DNA of 64,000 bases, from positions 11,594,001-11,658,000 of the forward strand of contig OX597816.1 in NCBI GenBank assembly GCA_951406725.2, read 5' to 3'. Each line of letters begins with the position of its first letter. Positions within the stretch are counted from its first letter, which is position 1. The notes beneath the pieces were generated by a model, which searched no databases, was not told the origin of the DNA, and saw only the letters and a list, made by a program, of their open reading frames with translations. Below are positions 63,728 through 64,000 of this stretch, in pieces. The stretch is from Octopus vulgaris (lineage: Eukaryota). A program made the position numbers and the translations under genes.

Positions 63728-64000
63728 ATTTCAATAAAGAACAAAATAAGAATTTTTAACACTAACGTAAAAGCGGTGTTATTCTATGGGACTGAGACAT
63801 GGCGAACAACAGTTAAGTCAAATAAGCAAATACAATCATTCATCAACAGATGCTTGCGTAGTATACTTAAAATTAGATGGACCGAACACATAAGAAATAT
63901 GGAGCTATGGCAAAGAACAAATCAGGTTTCAATTAGGGAGCAAATATTTAAGAATAAGTGGAAGTGGATTGGTAGCACAATTAGAAAAGACACACCAAAT
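63728..64000 (+). mobile_element. RTE-clade LINE ORF C-terminal region, runs off the window
   Basis: Open frame KIRIFNTNVKAVLFYGTETWRTT...FINRCLRSILKIRW...ELWQRTNQ...KWKWIG. Confidence 0.85.

Overview
This is AT-rich, repeat-dense animal genomic DNA. The SINE repertoire and microsatellite load suggest an octopod cephalopod (inference from remembered families, no database search). There are no prokaryotic features. Most of the window is tRNA-derived SINEs of at least five families, microsatellites, MITEs (piggyBac-like TTAA and Tc1/mariner-like), a mariner transposase relic, LINE relics (R4/Dong, CR1, RTE, Hero-like) and one Gypsy-like solo LTR. By hand I assembled a phase-consistent six-exon 3' part of an unrecognised minus-strand gene (51433 to 35938), and a weaker convergent plus-strand gene ending about 130 bp away. 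The most notable signal is a set of unrelated non-coding elements carrying minimal Penelope-type hammerhead ribozyme cores, arranged as inverted or tandem duplications. One family has a tRNA-derived Pol III head, making it a candidate Penelope-mobilised, ribozyme-bearing SINE or retrozyme. Repeat boundaries are approximate, and almost all ORFs in the supplied track are microsatellite or SINE artefacts.
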